A stretch of DNA of 12,346 bases from an uncultured Deinococcales bacterium (lineage in GTDB: Bacteria; Deinococcota; Deinococci; Deinococcales; JAAFIG01): NCBI GenBank assembly GCA_964247135.1, contig CAXTTL010000144.1, positions 1 to 12,346 of the forward strand, in the 5' to 3' direction. The position numbers were made by a program, and so were the translations under genes. The first letter of the stretch is position 1, and each line of letters begins with the position of its first letter. The notes beneath the pieces were generated by a model. The model was not told the origin of the DNA. It worked only from the letters and a program-made list of their open reading frames with translations, and made no database searches. Positions 1 through 7,835 of the stretch are shown piece by piece.

Positions 1-66
1 GGGCAAGGTGGGAGTATTTCATCTTCAAAAAGTTTACCGCTTTGAGTCCTCAAGAACATCCGTAAG

Positions 67-1512
67 CTATTGCCCCTGTCCCAAGGAAAATCCTGGTTCC
101 CCATCGAATGTGCACAAATTTTCGGTTTTGATGAAGTCAAGACCCTCGAGGGCGACCCTGCCCAGCAAATGCACGATGTCTTCATGCGAGATCGCCAAAC
201 CTTCAGGGACGCTAAAACGCCCACGCCAGTGATCGGTGCGAAACGTTTCGGGGAAACCGCCGGGCCAGACTTTGACCCCTCGGTTGGTAATCATGGTCAG
301 CTTCAGATGATCGAGGTTACAACGCTGCAACTGCACTGCCAAATCCTCGGGGGTTTGACCGCGCCAATTGACAAAAACATCCACGCCCACCGTTTCTTTG
401 CGGGCGGGCAATTTACGCTCGAGCTTGACAGGCGCTTGATGATCTGGATTGATAGCAGCGAAGTGTGTTACGGGCAAGTGTTGCGGCTCGAGTCCAAGGT
501 TTTGGATAATCGCATCGGCGAATTCTTGGGTGCCGACTTTTTGGGCACTCGAACCTGGTTCAAAAATATCAGCGGTGTGGGTTCCCTGCTCAAGGGTTAA
601 AAGCCAAGCGTTTTTGATTTTCGCGGCGACTTCGGGTTGACCAATATGCACCAGCATCAAAACGGCGGCATTGAGTAAACCGCTCGGATTGGCAATGTTC
701 TGCCCAGCGATATCGGGGGCGCTGCCGTGAACGGCTTCAAACATGGCGACGCTATCGCCAATGTTGGCGCTGCCCGCCAAACCGACGCTGCCTGTCACCT
801 CGGCGGCAATGTCTGAAAGAATATCGCCGTACAAGTTTGGTGCGAGGATCACATCAAAACGGTCTGGATTTTCGGCAAGCCGCGCCGCACCGATGTCCAC
901 AATCATGTGATCTTTGCCGATCTCTGGGTACTCGGCTCCCAATTCGTCAAAAACCTTGTGAAACAAACCGTCGGTCAGTTTCATGATGTTGTCTTTGGTC
1001 ACGCAGGTCACATGTTTGCGACCGTGCCGACGGGCGTACTCGAAGGCGTAACGCACGATTCGTTCTGTGCCTGGTCTCGAGATCAGCTTCAGGCATTGCA
1101 CGACCTCATCGGTTTGACGGTGTTCGATGCCCGCGTACAAATCCTCTTCGTTTTCGCGCACGATCACCAGATCAATCTTTTTATGCTTGGTCGCCACAAA
1201 CGGCGCGAAACTCTGGCATGGACGAACATTCGAGTACAAACCAAGGGTTTTGCGAATCGTCACGTTCAAGCTTTTAAAACCACCACCTTGAGGCGTGGTG
1301 ATTGGGCTTTTGAGAAAAACTTTGGTGCGCCTTAAACTTGCCCAACTGCTCGGTTCGATGCCGCTCGAGTGTCCAAGTTCGTAAATGTCTTTGCCAATGG
1401 CAATTTCCTCAAATTGCAATTCTGCGCCCGCCGCCTCGAGGATGCGCAGGGTCGCCTTCATGATTTCGGGTCCGATACCATCGCCGTGAGCTACCGTAAT
1501 GGGAGTTTTCAT
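67..1512 (-). CDS. icd: NADP-dependent isocitrate dehydrogenase (Thermus/Rickettsia-type, with C-terminal extension)
   Basis: 481 aa. Isocitrate/isopropylmalate dehydrogenase motifs GDGIGPEI, KSPITTPQGGGFKSLNVTIRK, RENEED, NLYGDILSD and EAVHGSAPDIAG, plus a C-terminal ITNRGVKVWP...FSLGQG extension. GAGG lies 3 nt before the ATG. Confidence 0.95.
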   Translation of the reverse strand: MKTPITVAHGDGIGPEIMKATLRILEAAGAELQFEEIAIGKDIYELGHSSGIEPSSWASLRRTKVFLKSPITTPQGGGFKSLNVTIRKTLGLYSNVRPCQSFAPFVATKHKKIDLVIVRENEEDLYAGIEHRQTDEVVQCLKLISRPGTERIVRYAFEYARRHGRKHVTCVTKDNIMKLTDGLFHKVFDELGAEYPEIGKDHMIVDIGAARLAENPDRFDVILAPNLYGDILSDIAAEVTGSVGLAGSANIGDSVAMFEAVHGSAPDIAGQNIANPSGLLNAAVLMLVHIGQPEVAAKIKNAWLLTLEQGTHTADIFEPGSSAQKVGTQEFADAIIQNLGLEPQHLPVTHFAAINPDHQAPVKLERKLPARKETVGVDVFVNWRGQTPEDLAVQLQRCNLDHLKLTMITNRGVKVWPGGFPETFRTDHWRGRFSVPEGLAISHEDIVHLLGRVALEGLDFIKTENLCTFDGEPGFSLGQGQ

Positions 1513-1665
1513 TGCCTCGAGAATAACGATTTCAATGTGTGGTAAATCCTATTTTAGTCCTGTTTTTTTTGGGTAACTTTTGAGGCAACCTGGGAGGGTC
1601 TTGCTGTTGTGACAGACCAAATTGGTATTTCGGCATGAACTTTTGGCGCATCTCGAGCTTCAAGG

Positions 1666-1671
1666 TAGACT
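1666..1671 (+). promoter_or_regulatory. -10 box (TAGACT) of a probable leaderless carbonic anhydrase transcript
   Basis: ggTAGACT-ctacggc-GTG; TANNNT 7 nt upstream of the start codon. Confidence 0.65.
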
Positions 1672-1678
1672 CTACGGC

Positions 1679-2218
1679 GTGCCTGAAATTATTGCCGTAA
1701 CCAAAACCGCTGACATCCTCGAACAATACCGCGACACTCCCGTCGGGCATTTACTCGAGTATCACAATTTAAACCGCACTTTTGACCGTTTTGAAAAAGC
1801 CGAATTGCTGGTCGGGATGTGCATGGACAACCGCAAGCAATTGCGCCTGCCCGACAATTTTGCCTACGTGCTGCGAACAAGCGGCGCGAACATGCGTCAC
1901 AACGAATTTCGGGTTTCGTTTGCCATTGGCGTCGGCGGTGTCAGCCACATTGCCTTGGTCGCCCACACCAACTGCGGCATGGTGAAACTGTCTGGGAAAT
2001 ACAATGCCTTTGTGCGCGGCATGATCGACGTGGCGGGCTGGGACGAGCAACGCGCCAAGGATTATTTCTTTCAGTACGCGCCCTTTTTCGAGATCGAGGA
2101 TGAGGTCGAATTCGTGCTGCTCGAGTCACAACGCTTGAGGGATCGTTACCCGAAAGTCAACGTCGTACCACTTTTATACAAAGTCGAGGACGGTTTGCTG
2201 TATCAAATCACACCTTGA
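1679..2218 (+). CDS. Beta-class carbonic anhydrase-like protein
   Basis: Zn-ligand motifs CMDNR and HTNCG. Start moved from the track's 1622 to the in-frame GTG at 1679, which lies 7 nt after a TAGACT -10 box (179 aa). Confidence 0.85.
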   Translation: MPEIIAVTKTADILEQYRDTPVGHLLEYHNLNRTFDRFEKAELLVGMCMDNRKQLRLPDNFAYVLRTSGANMRHNEFRVSFAIGVGGVSHIALVAHTNCGMVKLSGKYNAFVRGMIDVAGWDEQRAKDYFFQYAPFFEIEDEVEFVLLESQRLRDRYPKVNVVPLLYKVEDGLLYQITP

Positions 2219-2232
2219 AACTGCATCTTGAA

Positions 2233-2270
2233 AAACCGTCACTCGAGCCAATGGGCTTGAGTGACGGTTT
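2233..2270. terminator. Hairpin between convergent genes, probable bidirectional terminator
   Basis: Arms AAACCGTCACTCGAGCC and GGCTTGAGTGACGGTTT (17 bp, one non-Watson-Crick position) with a 4-nt loop, between the stops at 2218 and 2288. Confidence 0.75.
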
Positions 2271-2287
2271 CATTGGGCGGGTTGCGT

Positions 2288-2845
2288 CTATCCAACGCCG
2301 TCAAAAATCGGTAATTCCTGCGCGACCTGCAACTCGAGTTTGGGTTTGCCTTGGCTGAATGCCGCAATCCTGGCGCAGACTTTTGCGCCGGCACGCAGGA
2401 TCAGTCGCTCGAGCGCTTGGACGGTGCCGCCGCTGGCAACCACATCGAGCACGATCACGACCTGTTTGCCTTTAAGATTTGCGGCGCGGTTGGAATCGAG
2501 CCACAATGTTTCACCCACGCCCAGGGTCATGCTGGCGACCTCTTGAATCAGCGGATCGTTCATGTACGGACGGCGGCGCTTGCGGGCAACCTCATAAGGC
2601 AGTTTTGAAATTTGCGCCAAATCGTGGACCAGCGGAATGCTCGAGGTCTCGCAGGTGAACAAGACTTCGGCGCTCGTGGGCAGCAGCTTTTGCAATTCTA
2701 GCGCGGCGGCTTCGCACAGCTCGGTATCGCCCAAGAATTCGACCAGCGGCAAGCGGCGGTTCGATGCCAGACGAACCAGCGGCACGTCGCGGGTGACGCC
2801 ACCGATGGTCAAAGAAAACGTTTCGGGCAAAGTTGCTATGCTCAT
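2288..2845 (-). CDS. Adenine phosphoribosyltransferase homolog (APRTh-like, probably catalytically inactive type I PRTase)
   Basis: 185 aa from ATG 2845, with a GGAGG RBS at 2850-2854. PRTase fold, but the PRPP loop reads VIVLDVVASGGT (first Asp of DD lost). LPLVEFLGD, ARKRRRPYM and TLGVGETLWLD resemble Thermus thermophilus APRTh as I recall it. Confidence 0.85.
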   Translation of the reverse strand: MSIATLPETFSLTIGGVTRDVPLVRLASNRRLPLVEFLGDTELCEAAALELQKLLPTSAEVLFTCETSSIPLVHDLAQISKLPYEVARKRRRPYMNDPLIQEVASMTLGVGETLWLDSNRAANLKGKQVVIVLDVVASGGTVQALERLILRAGAKVCARIAAFSQGKPKLELQVAQELPIFDGVG

Positions 2846-2873
2846 AAAACCTCCAAAAAAAGTTGAGGGTTTC

Positions 2874-2899
2874 AGCCTACTCCCAACTCGAGGTTCTGG
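2874..2899 (-). repeat. 26-bp direct repeat, copy 1; contains the TAGGCT -10 box of the APRT-homolog gene
   Basis: AGCCTACTCCCAACTCGAGGTTCTGG; 23/26 identical to 4259-4284. Confidence 0.8.
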
Positions 2900-2997
2900 G
2901 TATGATTTTAAGGAATGTTTGTTGCCGCCCGAGCCAAAGCTGGGCTTGTCGGTCATGAATTTGGCAGGTCAGTGCTGCGACGTTCCCCTGAGCCGAC

Positions 2998-4113
2998 TCA
3001 CAACGAGACGACCACTTTCTTGGCGGATACGCCCTTTCTTTGAATCTCCAGTGCGGATTGAACGTACTCGAGACCCTTTCCAACGGTCTGAGGTTCTGGG
3101 ACGGCGAGGTAGCGGTGGTCCGCCAGAGCTTGGGGCAGGAAATCCTGGTAGACGATTTTGCCGACCTCGTTGTCCATTAAAGTGTTGGCGTTGATGAAGT
3201 TCGAGCGTATGCGCCTGATTTGGAGTTTCGCCAGCAGTGACGCCTGCAACAATCCCAACCGAAGAAGCAACAGCGGAAGCTGCAAGCTGATGCCTCGCTG
3301 AGGAAGGCTGGCAAAAGAGACGGGTGGGCTTGCCATTGAGACGAATTTGTTCCCATTGCAGGCGTGAACAATGTCTGCACAGAACGCCGCCGACCCTGCT
3401 CCGATGGCGAGTGCCCCCGCAATGGTCTTGCCTTTGTACGCCCCAATGATGTCTTTGACGACGGTTTTGCTGTGGTAATCAAAGACTTGGCTTGCGCCCA
3501 GTTTTTTGACGTACTCAAAATTTCGTGGTGAACAAGTTGTGATGACCTCGTATCCGGCAGCCACGGCAAGTTGAATCGCATTGCTGCCAACGCTGGTCGA
3601 GCCGCCCCAGACGAGCAGCGTTTTGCCCGTGGCTTTTGAGGTTGCACACGGGTACTCGAGCGCCAAATGGTCTTTCTGGAACAAGCCGCAGGCGGCGGTG
3701 GACAGTGCCAGGGGCAGGACGGCGGCATTCTCGTAGGACAGGGTACTGGGGATCGCCGCCGCCAAATGCTCGAGGACGACGCTGTACGTCTGAAAAGCCC
3801 CCTCCGCCGCAGTATTTCGCTTTTTATCGGTTCCCACGCCAAAACCCAGAACCCGGTCGGATACCTGAAAACGGGTGACGGCATTGCCGACCTCGGCGAC
3901 CTCGCCCGCAAGATCGGTGCCCAGCACGGCTGGATATTTGAGATGCGGGGCGAACAAGTTGCCGAGGTCTTGCAGTATCCAATCGAAAGGGTTGATCGCC
4001 ACGGCGTGGTTTTTGACGACGATCTCGTTTTCGCGCGGGGGCGTGTAAGGAGCGGCTTTAACCTCGAGTTTGGACTTGCTTGCGTTGAGCCAGGCGGCAG
4101 TGTTGGTTGGCAT
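2998..4113 (-). CDS. Zinc-binding alcohol dehydrogenase family (MDR) oxidoreductase, enoyl-reductase-like
   Basis: 371 aa. GroES-like N-terminus (AVAINPFDW, VLGTDLAGEV), Rossmann motif LLVWGGSTSVG and LGASQVFDY. AAGGA RBS upstream. Confidence 0.9.
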   Translation of the reverse strand: MPTNTAAWLNASKSKLEVKAAPYTPPRENEIVVKNHAVAINPFDWILQDLGNLFAPHLKYPAVLGTDLAGEVAEVGNAVTRFQVSDRVLGFGVGTDKKRNTAAEGAFQTYSVVLEHLAAAIPSTLSYENAAVLPLALSTAACGLFQKDHLALEYPCATSKATGKTLLVWGGSTSVGSNAIQLAVAAGYEVITTCSPRNFEYVKKLGASQVFDYHSKTVVKDIIGAYKGKTIAGALAIGAGSAAFCADIVHACNGNKFVSMASPPVSFASLPQRGISLQLPLLLLRLGLLQASLLAKLQIRRIRSNFINANTLMDNEVGKIVYQDFLPQALADHRYLAVPEPQTVGKGLEYVQSALEIQRKGVSAKKVVVSL

Positions 4114-4258
4114 AGGGTTTTCCTTTTATGGGGCTGAGGTGAATAGTTAAAACGAAAACGGCGAGGGCAGATCACTCGGGGGCAATCCTCGAGGTCTTCA
4201 CCTTTTTTCCAATTGCGATTGCTGCACGCACAGACCCTCCAAATACATACTGGGGTGT

Positions 4259-4284
4259 AGCCTACCCCCAACTCGGGCTTCTGG
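4259..4284 (-). repeat. 26-bp direct repeat, copy 2; contains a TAGGCT -10 box upstream of the oxidoreductase gene
   Basis: AGCCTACCCCCAACTCGGGCTTCTGG; 23/26 identical to 2874-2899. Confidence 0.8.
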
Positions 4285-4291
4285 ATCGAAC

Positions 4292-5110
4292 TCAAAAAAC
4301 GGTTTGTTGACGCTCGAGTCTCGACTGGGCTTTTGGGTCATGGGTCGGCAGGAAAATGGTGGGTCACTCGCCGGCGAAGGTAAGGATTTTGGCGTGCGTG
4401 GCGCTTTGCTGGCTGGCACTCGGACCGACACCGTCAATCCAATCCTCGAGCAAGCCGTCTTGAGAATATGCCGTGTCACCAGCCAAGAAGTAATTCAGGT
4501 CGCCGTCTTTCACGATCACGCTTTGATGAAAGTCGGTGTGCCCGGGCGTCGGCACAATCAGCACATCGCCGGCTTTGGTCAGGCGTTGATGGCGCTCGAA
4601 CGATCCAAATTTTTCAGGCTCGAGGTTGGTAAATTCGGGTTTCCAATTCCGTTGCCAACGTTGCGGCGTGTAACCGTTCAGCCGTCCGACAATCCCACTG
4701 GCTTGGGCGTACTCTCGCCGACTGGCGATGATTCTCGAGTGAGGAAAGTCTTTGATGCCGCCGTCGTGGTCAATGTGCAAATGGGTCAGCACCACCGCAC
4801 GCACATCTTTTGGGGTGATTCCCAGCCGCAGCAGTTGCGCCCCGATCTCCTCTTCGGGTTGGACGTGTATTTTGGCGGCGAGCGCATGAAACGGATGTGG
4901 AATTCCGGCGGGGCGAGCGTGCGTATCGCCCGTGTCAACCACAATCACACCCTCGGGATGCTCGATGACGTAACAGTAAATCGGAAGTTTTTGGGTCCAT
5001 GCAGGTTCGGTCAGGGTGCGCATCAACCTCGAGAAACGGGGGGTGGTCTGGGCGCGAACTTGGCTGGGTTTGATTTGAACGTATCCGGTGCTGATGGCAT
5101 GAACTTTCAT
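4292..5110 (-). pseudogene. N-acyl-homoserine-lactonase-family metallo-beta-lactamase-fold hydrolase interrupted by an in-frame TGA at 4364-4366
   Basis: Motifs VDTG, THLHIDHDG, PTPGHT and LAGD. After ...LTFAGE-TGA the same frame continues PTIFLPTHDPKAQSRLERQQTVF to a TGA at 4292-4294, carrying the family's terminal PxHD metal-ligand motif. Confidence 0.75.
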
Positions 5111-5140
5111 AGGTCATAGCCTAAAGGTAAGCTGGTGCAA
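5111..5140. promoter_or_regulatory. 30-bp divergent promoter region with two back-to-back -10 boxes
   Basis: Minus strand TAGGCT (5123-5118) lies 7 nt before ATG 5110. Plus strand TAAGCT (5128-5133) lies 7 nt before ATG 5141. Confidence 0.7.
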
Positions 5141-5806
5141 ATGGAGACTCAAATTGGAAGTAGAAAAAACCTCTCCGTCAATCGTGCTCAAGCCGCCGCC
5201 CTGCTCGAGCAAACCACGCTTTTGATCCTTGCGCCGTTCGTCAAAACCGAACGCAGCGCCTCGAGCGTGGCGGCAGAATTGGAAATGCCGCTCAACTCGT
5301 TGATGTACCAAATAAGGCGTTTGCTCGAGCTTGAACTGCTCTGCATCAGCCGCAGCGAATCTCGGGCGGGACGGGCGATCAAGTATTACCAGGCGGTTGC
5401 CAAAGTGTTTTCGATTCCGTATCAACTCACCCCAGCCGAAACGCCAGAGGTGCTGCTGATGGAGGAAACCATGCCCAGGCAAAAGCGTTTGATTCGCCAT
5501 CTGGTGCGTGCCAGCCAAGAGGTGCTCGATCAACGCGGCGAATCGGTCTGGGGGGTGCAGGTTGCCCTCGAGGCTGATCGGTTGGTGGTCCGTAACGCGG
5601 TCGGACCGGATTCGGATTGGAATTTTTTAGACCCGACCGCACCCGCCATTTTGGATTACTGGGCAGAGGACATCCAACTCGAGTTTGCAGACGCCAAAGC
5701 GATGCAAGCCGAACTGTGTCACCTGATCGAGCGCTACCGAGCCAAATCTGGGCGGCGAGGTTACATTATCCACGCGGCGATGGCACCAAACACCCTCGAG
5801 CCTTAA
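5141..5806 (+). CDS. Winged helix-turn-helix (ArsR/HTH_20-like) transcriptional regulator
   Basis: SASSVAAELEMPLNSLMYQIRRLLELELL...RAGRAIKYY is an HTH-wing pattern. Divergent from the lactonase-like gene. ATG 5141 preferred over GTG 5135 from -10 spacing. Confidence 0.75.
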   Translation: METQIGSRKNLSVNRAQAAALLEQTTLLILAPFVKTERSASSVAAELEMPLNSLMYQIRRLLELELLCISRSESRAGRAIKYYQAVAKVFSIPYQLTPAETPEVLLMEETMPRQKRLIRHLVRASQEVLDQRGESVWGVQVALEADRLVVRNAVGPDSDWNFLDPTAPAILDYWAEDIQLEFADAKAMQAELCHLIERYRAKSGRRGYIIHAAMAPNTLEP

Positions 5807-5807
5807 C

Positions 5808-6344
5808 TTATTTTTTCAGGTACAACGGCAAATGACCCAGCGAGATCACATCGTCTCGAGCGTCGCCCTCGGTGAACACGGTGAGCGTTGCCACGACCTT
5901 GCCGCCGATTTCTTCCATCAGGCTGCTGAGGCTGCGCAAGGTGCCGCCGGTGCTGACCACATCGTCGATGATTGCCACATTTTTGCCGTGAATGATGTCC
6001 ACGTCAAAACCGTCGATCACCAGCAATTGCGGTTTGCCGGTGGTGATCGAAACGACTTCGCGTATCACTGGGGTTTTCATGTACGGCTTGGCGGTTTTTC
6101 GCGCCACAATGTATGGTTTGCCGGTGATTCTCGAGATCACGTGCGCCAGCGGCACGGCTTTGACTTCGGGCGTGATCAGCACATCGACGTTGCTGGGTAG
6201 TTTTGCCGCCAGCAGTTTACCCGCCTCCTCGGTCATTTGGGTATCGCCGAGAAGATTGAACAGTGCCACGCTGACGCCAGGGGCGACTTCGATGATCGGC
6301 AAGTTACGGCTGATCGAACCAATTTGAACGCGATGGGTTTCCAC
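5808..6344 (-). CDS. apt: Adenine phosphoribosyltransferase (Thermus/Deinococcus type)
   Basis: 178 aa. Intact PRPP-binding motif [13 protein letters not shown], plus [20 protein letters not shown] and [14 protein letters not shown] start 8 nt after a TACAAT -10 box. Confidence 0.85.
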   Translation of the reverse strand: METHRVQIGSISRNLPIIEVAPGVSVALFNLLGDTQMTEEAGKLLAAKLPSNVDVLITPEVKAVPLAHVISRITGKPYIVARKTAKPYMKTPVIREVVSITTGKPQLLVIDGFDVDIIHGKNVAIIDDVVSTGGTLRSLSSLMEEIGGKVVATLTVFTEGDARDDVISLGHLPLYLKK

Positions 6345-6352
6345 GGTGGTTG

Positions 6353-6358
6353 ATTGTA
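6353..6358 (-). promoter_or_regulatory. -10 box (TACAAT) of a probable leaderless apt transcript
   Basis: Minus strand ggTACAAT-caaccacc-GTG; no Shine-Dalgarno between box and start. Confidence 0.65.
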
Positions 6359-6385
6359 CCTTGTTTTGAATGAATGCCCTACAAA

Positions 6386-6427
6386 AAGCTTAAGGATTCG
6401 CACAATCCATTGCGAATCCTCGAGCTT
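6386..6427 (-). terminator. Probable intrinsic terminator of the TPR-like gene
   Basis: Perfect 10-bp stem AGGATTCGCA/TGCGAATCCT with an 8-nt loop, extendable to 17 bp with two mismatches. Followed by a T run on the minus strand, ~15 nt after the stop at 6443. Confidence 0.75.
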
Positions 6428-6442
6428 CAAAAATGCCAAAAC

Positions 6443-7162
6443 CTATTTGTTCAAATCTGCCAGATCACGTTTTGCGCGTTCCAAATCAAGTTTGTCGGCG
6501 GCGTCGCGCGGCTCGAGCTTCACGGCAATCTCGAGTTGGCTTTTGGCGGCGGCTTTGTACTTGTCGCGGTTCAAGAGCAGCAAAGCGTGGGCGTATTCGA
6601 CGCGGTGAATGATGATTTTGGGTTCGATGGCGATGGCGCGTTCAAAGAAATTGATGCTCGCACCCTCGTTCGCGCCGTACAACCAACCCACGCCTTTGGC
6701 GACAATCTCGGCGTGCCAAAGCCCATAAGACACCATGCACTCGGCGCTGCTGCGGTCGAGATCAATGCAAGTCTCGAGGGCGGATTTGACTTTGCTGCCC
6801 AAACCTTGCGAGAGCGCGGCGAGCGTGCCGCGAAGCTGCGAGAGTCGCCCCAGGGCGCGAGCCAGTTCAAAGTAAGCGTCGGCGTACTTGTTGTTGAGTT
6901 TGATGGCGTTGTTGGCGTAGGTTTCGGATGTGGCGTAAATGGCTTCCTGTTTGTTGTCGGGCTGGGTGCTGGCGTAAATGCTGTTGGCTTTGGCTGCCAG
7001 GGTTTGACCTTCCGCCGTTTGAATGTCGCTGGCAATGCCAGTCGCGCCTTTGAAATCACCTTTGGCGTACAACTTTTGGGCGTCTTGTAAGGGCGTGGCA
7101 AAGCTCGAGTTGAGCACCAACATTGCAGCAAACAGCGCGGCAGACAGCAAAATCTTTTTCAT
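6443..7162 (-). CDS. Secreted alpha-helical TPR-like protein
   Basis: 239 aa from ATG 7162 (GGAGG at 7170-7174, TAGACT at 7199-7194). Signal peptide MKKILLSAALFAAMLVLNSSFA and TPR-like units (AIKLNNKYADAYFELARALG; FERAIAIEP; LEIAVKLEP). Confidence 0.8.
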   Translation of the reverse strand: MKKILLSAALFAAMLVLNSSFATPLQDAQKLYAKGDFKGATGIASDIQTAEGQTLAAKANSIYASTQPDNKQEAIYATSETYANNAIKLNNKYADAYFELARALGRLSQLRGTLAALSQGLGSKVKSALETCIDLDRSSAECMVSYGLWHAEIVAKGVGWLYGANEGASINFFERAIAIEPKIIIHRVEYAHALLLLNRDKYKAAAKSQLEIAVKLEPRDAADKLDLERAKRDLADLNK

Positions 7163-7344
7163 AAGGTTTCCTCCAGATTTTTGGACTGAGTTCAGTCTAC
7201 GATGCTCAAGCCTCAAGTTCAACCCTGCCATTCTCGAGCTTCCTTCGTGCTCGACGTGTCAAATGCCCACATTGGGTCTTTAACTTTTCTTGAGATTTGA
7301 TTTTCTTGATTGCTCTCGAGATTGTCGTGCGACCTGGGTTTGTC

Positions 7345-7358
7345 TGCATAAAAATGCT
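7345..7358 (+). promoter_or_regulatory. ARG box (ArgR operator), probable argR autoregulation
   Basis: TGCATAAAAATGCT matches the TGnATAAAAATnCA ARG-box pattern except at the last base. It abuts a TATATT -10-like hexamer (7360-7365) just upstream of argR. Confidence 0.7.
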
Positions 7359-7376
7359 GTATATTCATTTTTACTT

Positions 7377-7835
7377 ATGCTTTCCAAAGAACAGCGTCAT
7401 AAACGAATCGAAGACATTGTGTCCAGGGAATTTGTCCAAACCCAAGCCGAACTGGTCGAACACCTCGAGCGCGACGGCGTGATGGTCACGCAGGCGACGG
7501 TCAGTCGTGACATCACCGAGATGCGCTTGGTGCGCCTGCCAATGGGCAAGGGCAGACACCGTTATGCACTCGCGCCGTTAAGCCTTGCCAGCGATGTCAT
7601 GGACGAGTTAAAAATGCGTTTTAAGCAATTTGTTCACGACGTTGACCGCGGCGAAAATATTTTGGTTTTAAAAACCACCGACGGTCACGCCATCGGTGTG
7701 GCTTACGTGCTGGATCGCCTGTTCCGCGACGACATTGTCGGCACAATTGCTGGGCAAGACACGATTTTTGTCACGGCTCGCACGGTTCTGGCGGCAACGG
7801 CGCTTTTAGAGGAATTTACCGAACTGATGATGTAA
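7377..7835 (+). CDS. argR: Arginine repressor
   Basis: 152 aa from ATG 7377. wHTH motif TQAEL...VTQATVSRD and C-terminal arginine-binding [10 protein letters not shown]. Confidence 0.95.
   Translation: MLSKEQRHKRIEDIVSREFVQTQAELVEHLERDGVMVTQATVSRDITEMRLVRLPMGKGRHRYALAPLSLASDVMDELKMRFKQFVHDVDRGENILVLKTTDGHAIGVAYVLDRLFRDDIVGTIAGQDTIFVTARTVLAATALLEEFTELMM

Noticed and set aside
3177-4295. 372-aa ORF overlapping the oxidoreductase on the same strand in another frame
   Set aside because: TTG start without an RBS, Ser/Pro/Arg-rich off-frame composition and no motifs; the overlapped frame is a clear MDR enzyme.
4364-4366. In-frame TGA as selenocysteine
   Set aside because: No convincing SECIS-like hairpin follows, and the position is not an obvious catalytic Cys equivalent.
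4304-5119. 271-aa antisense ORF opposite the lactonase-like gene
   Set aside because: It mirrors the real gene codon for codon and has no independent signals.
2900-5806. Three-gene block as a mobile element
   Set aside because: No transposase, integrase or terminal inverted repeats, and CTCGAG density is similar to the flanks. Reported only as a possible old insertion.
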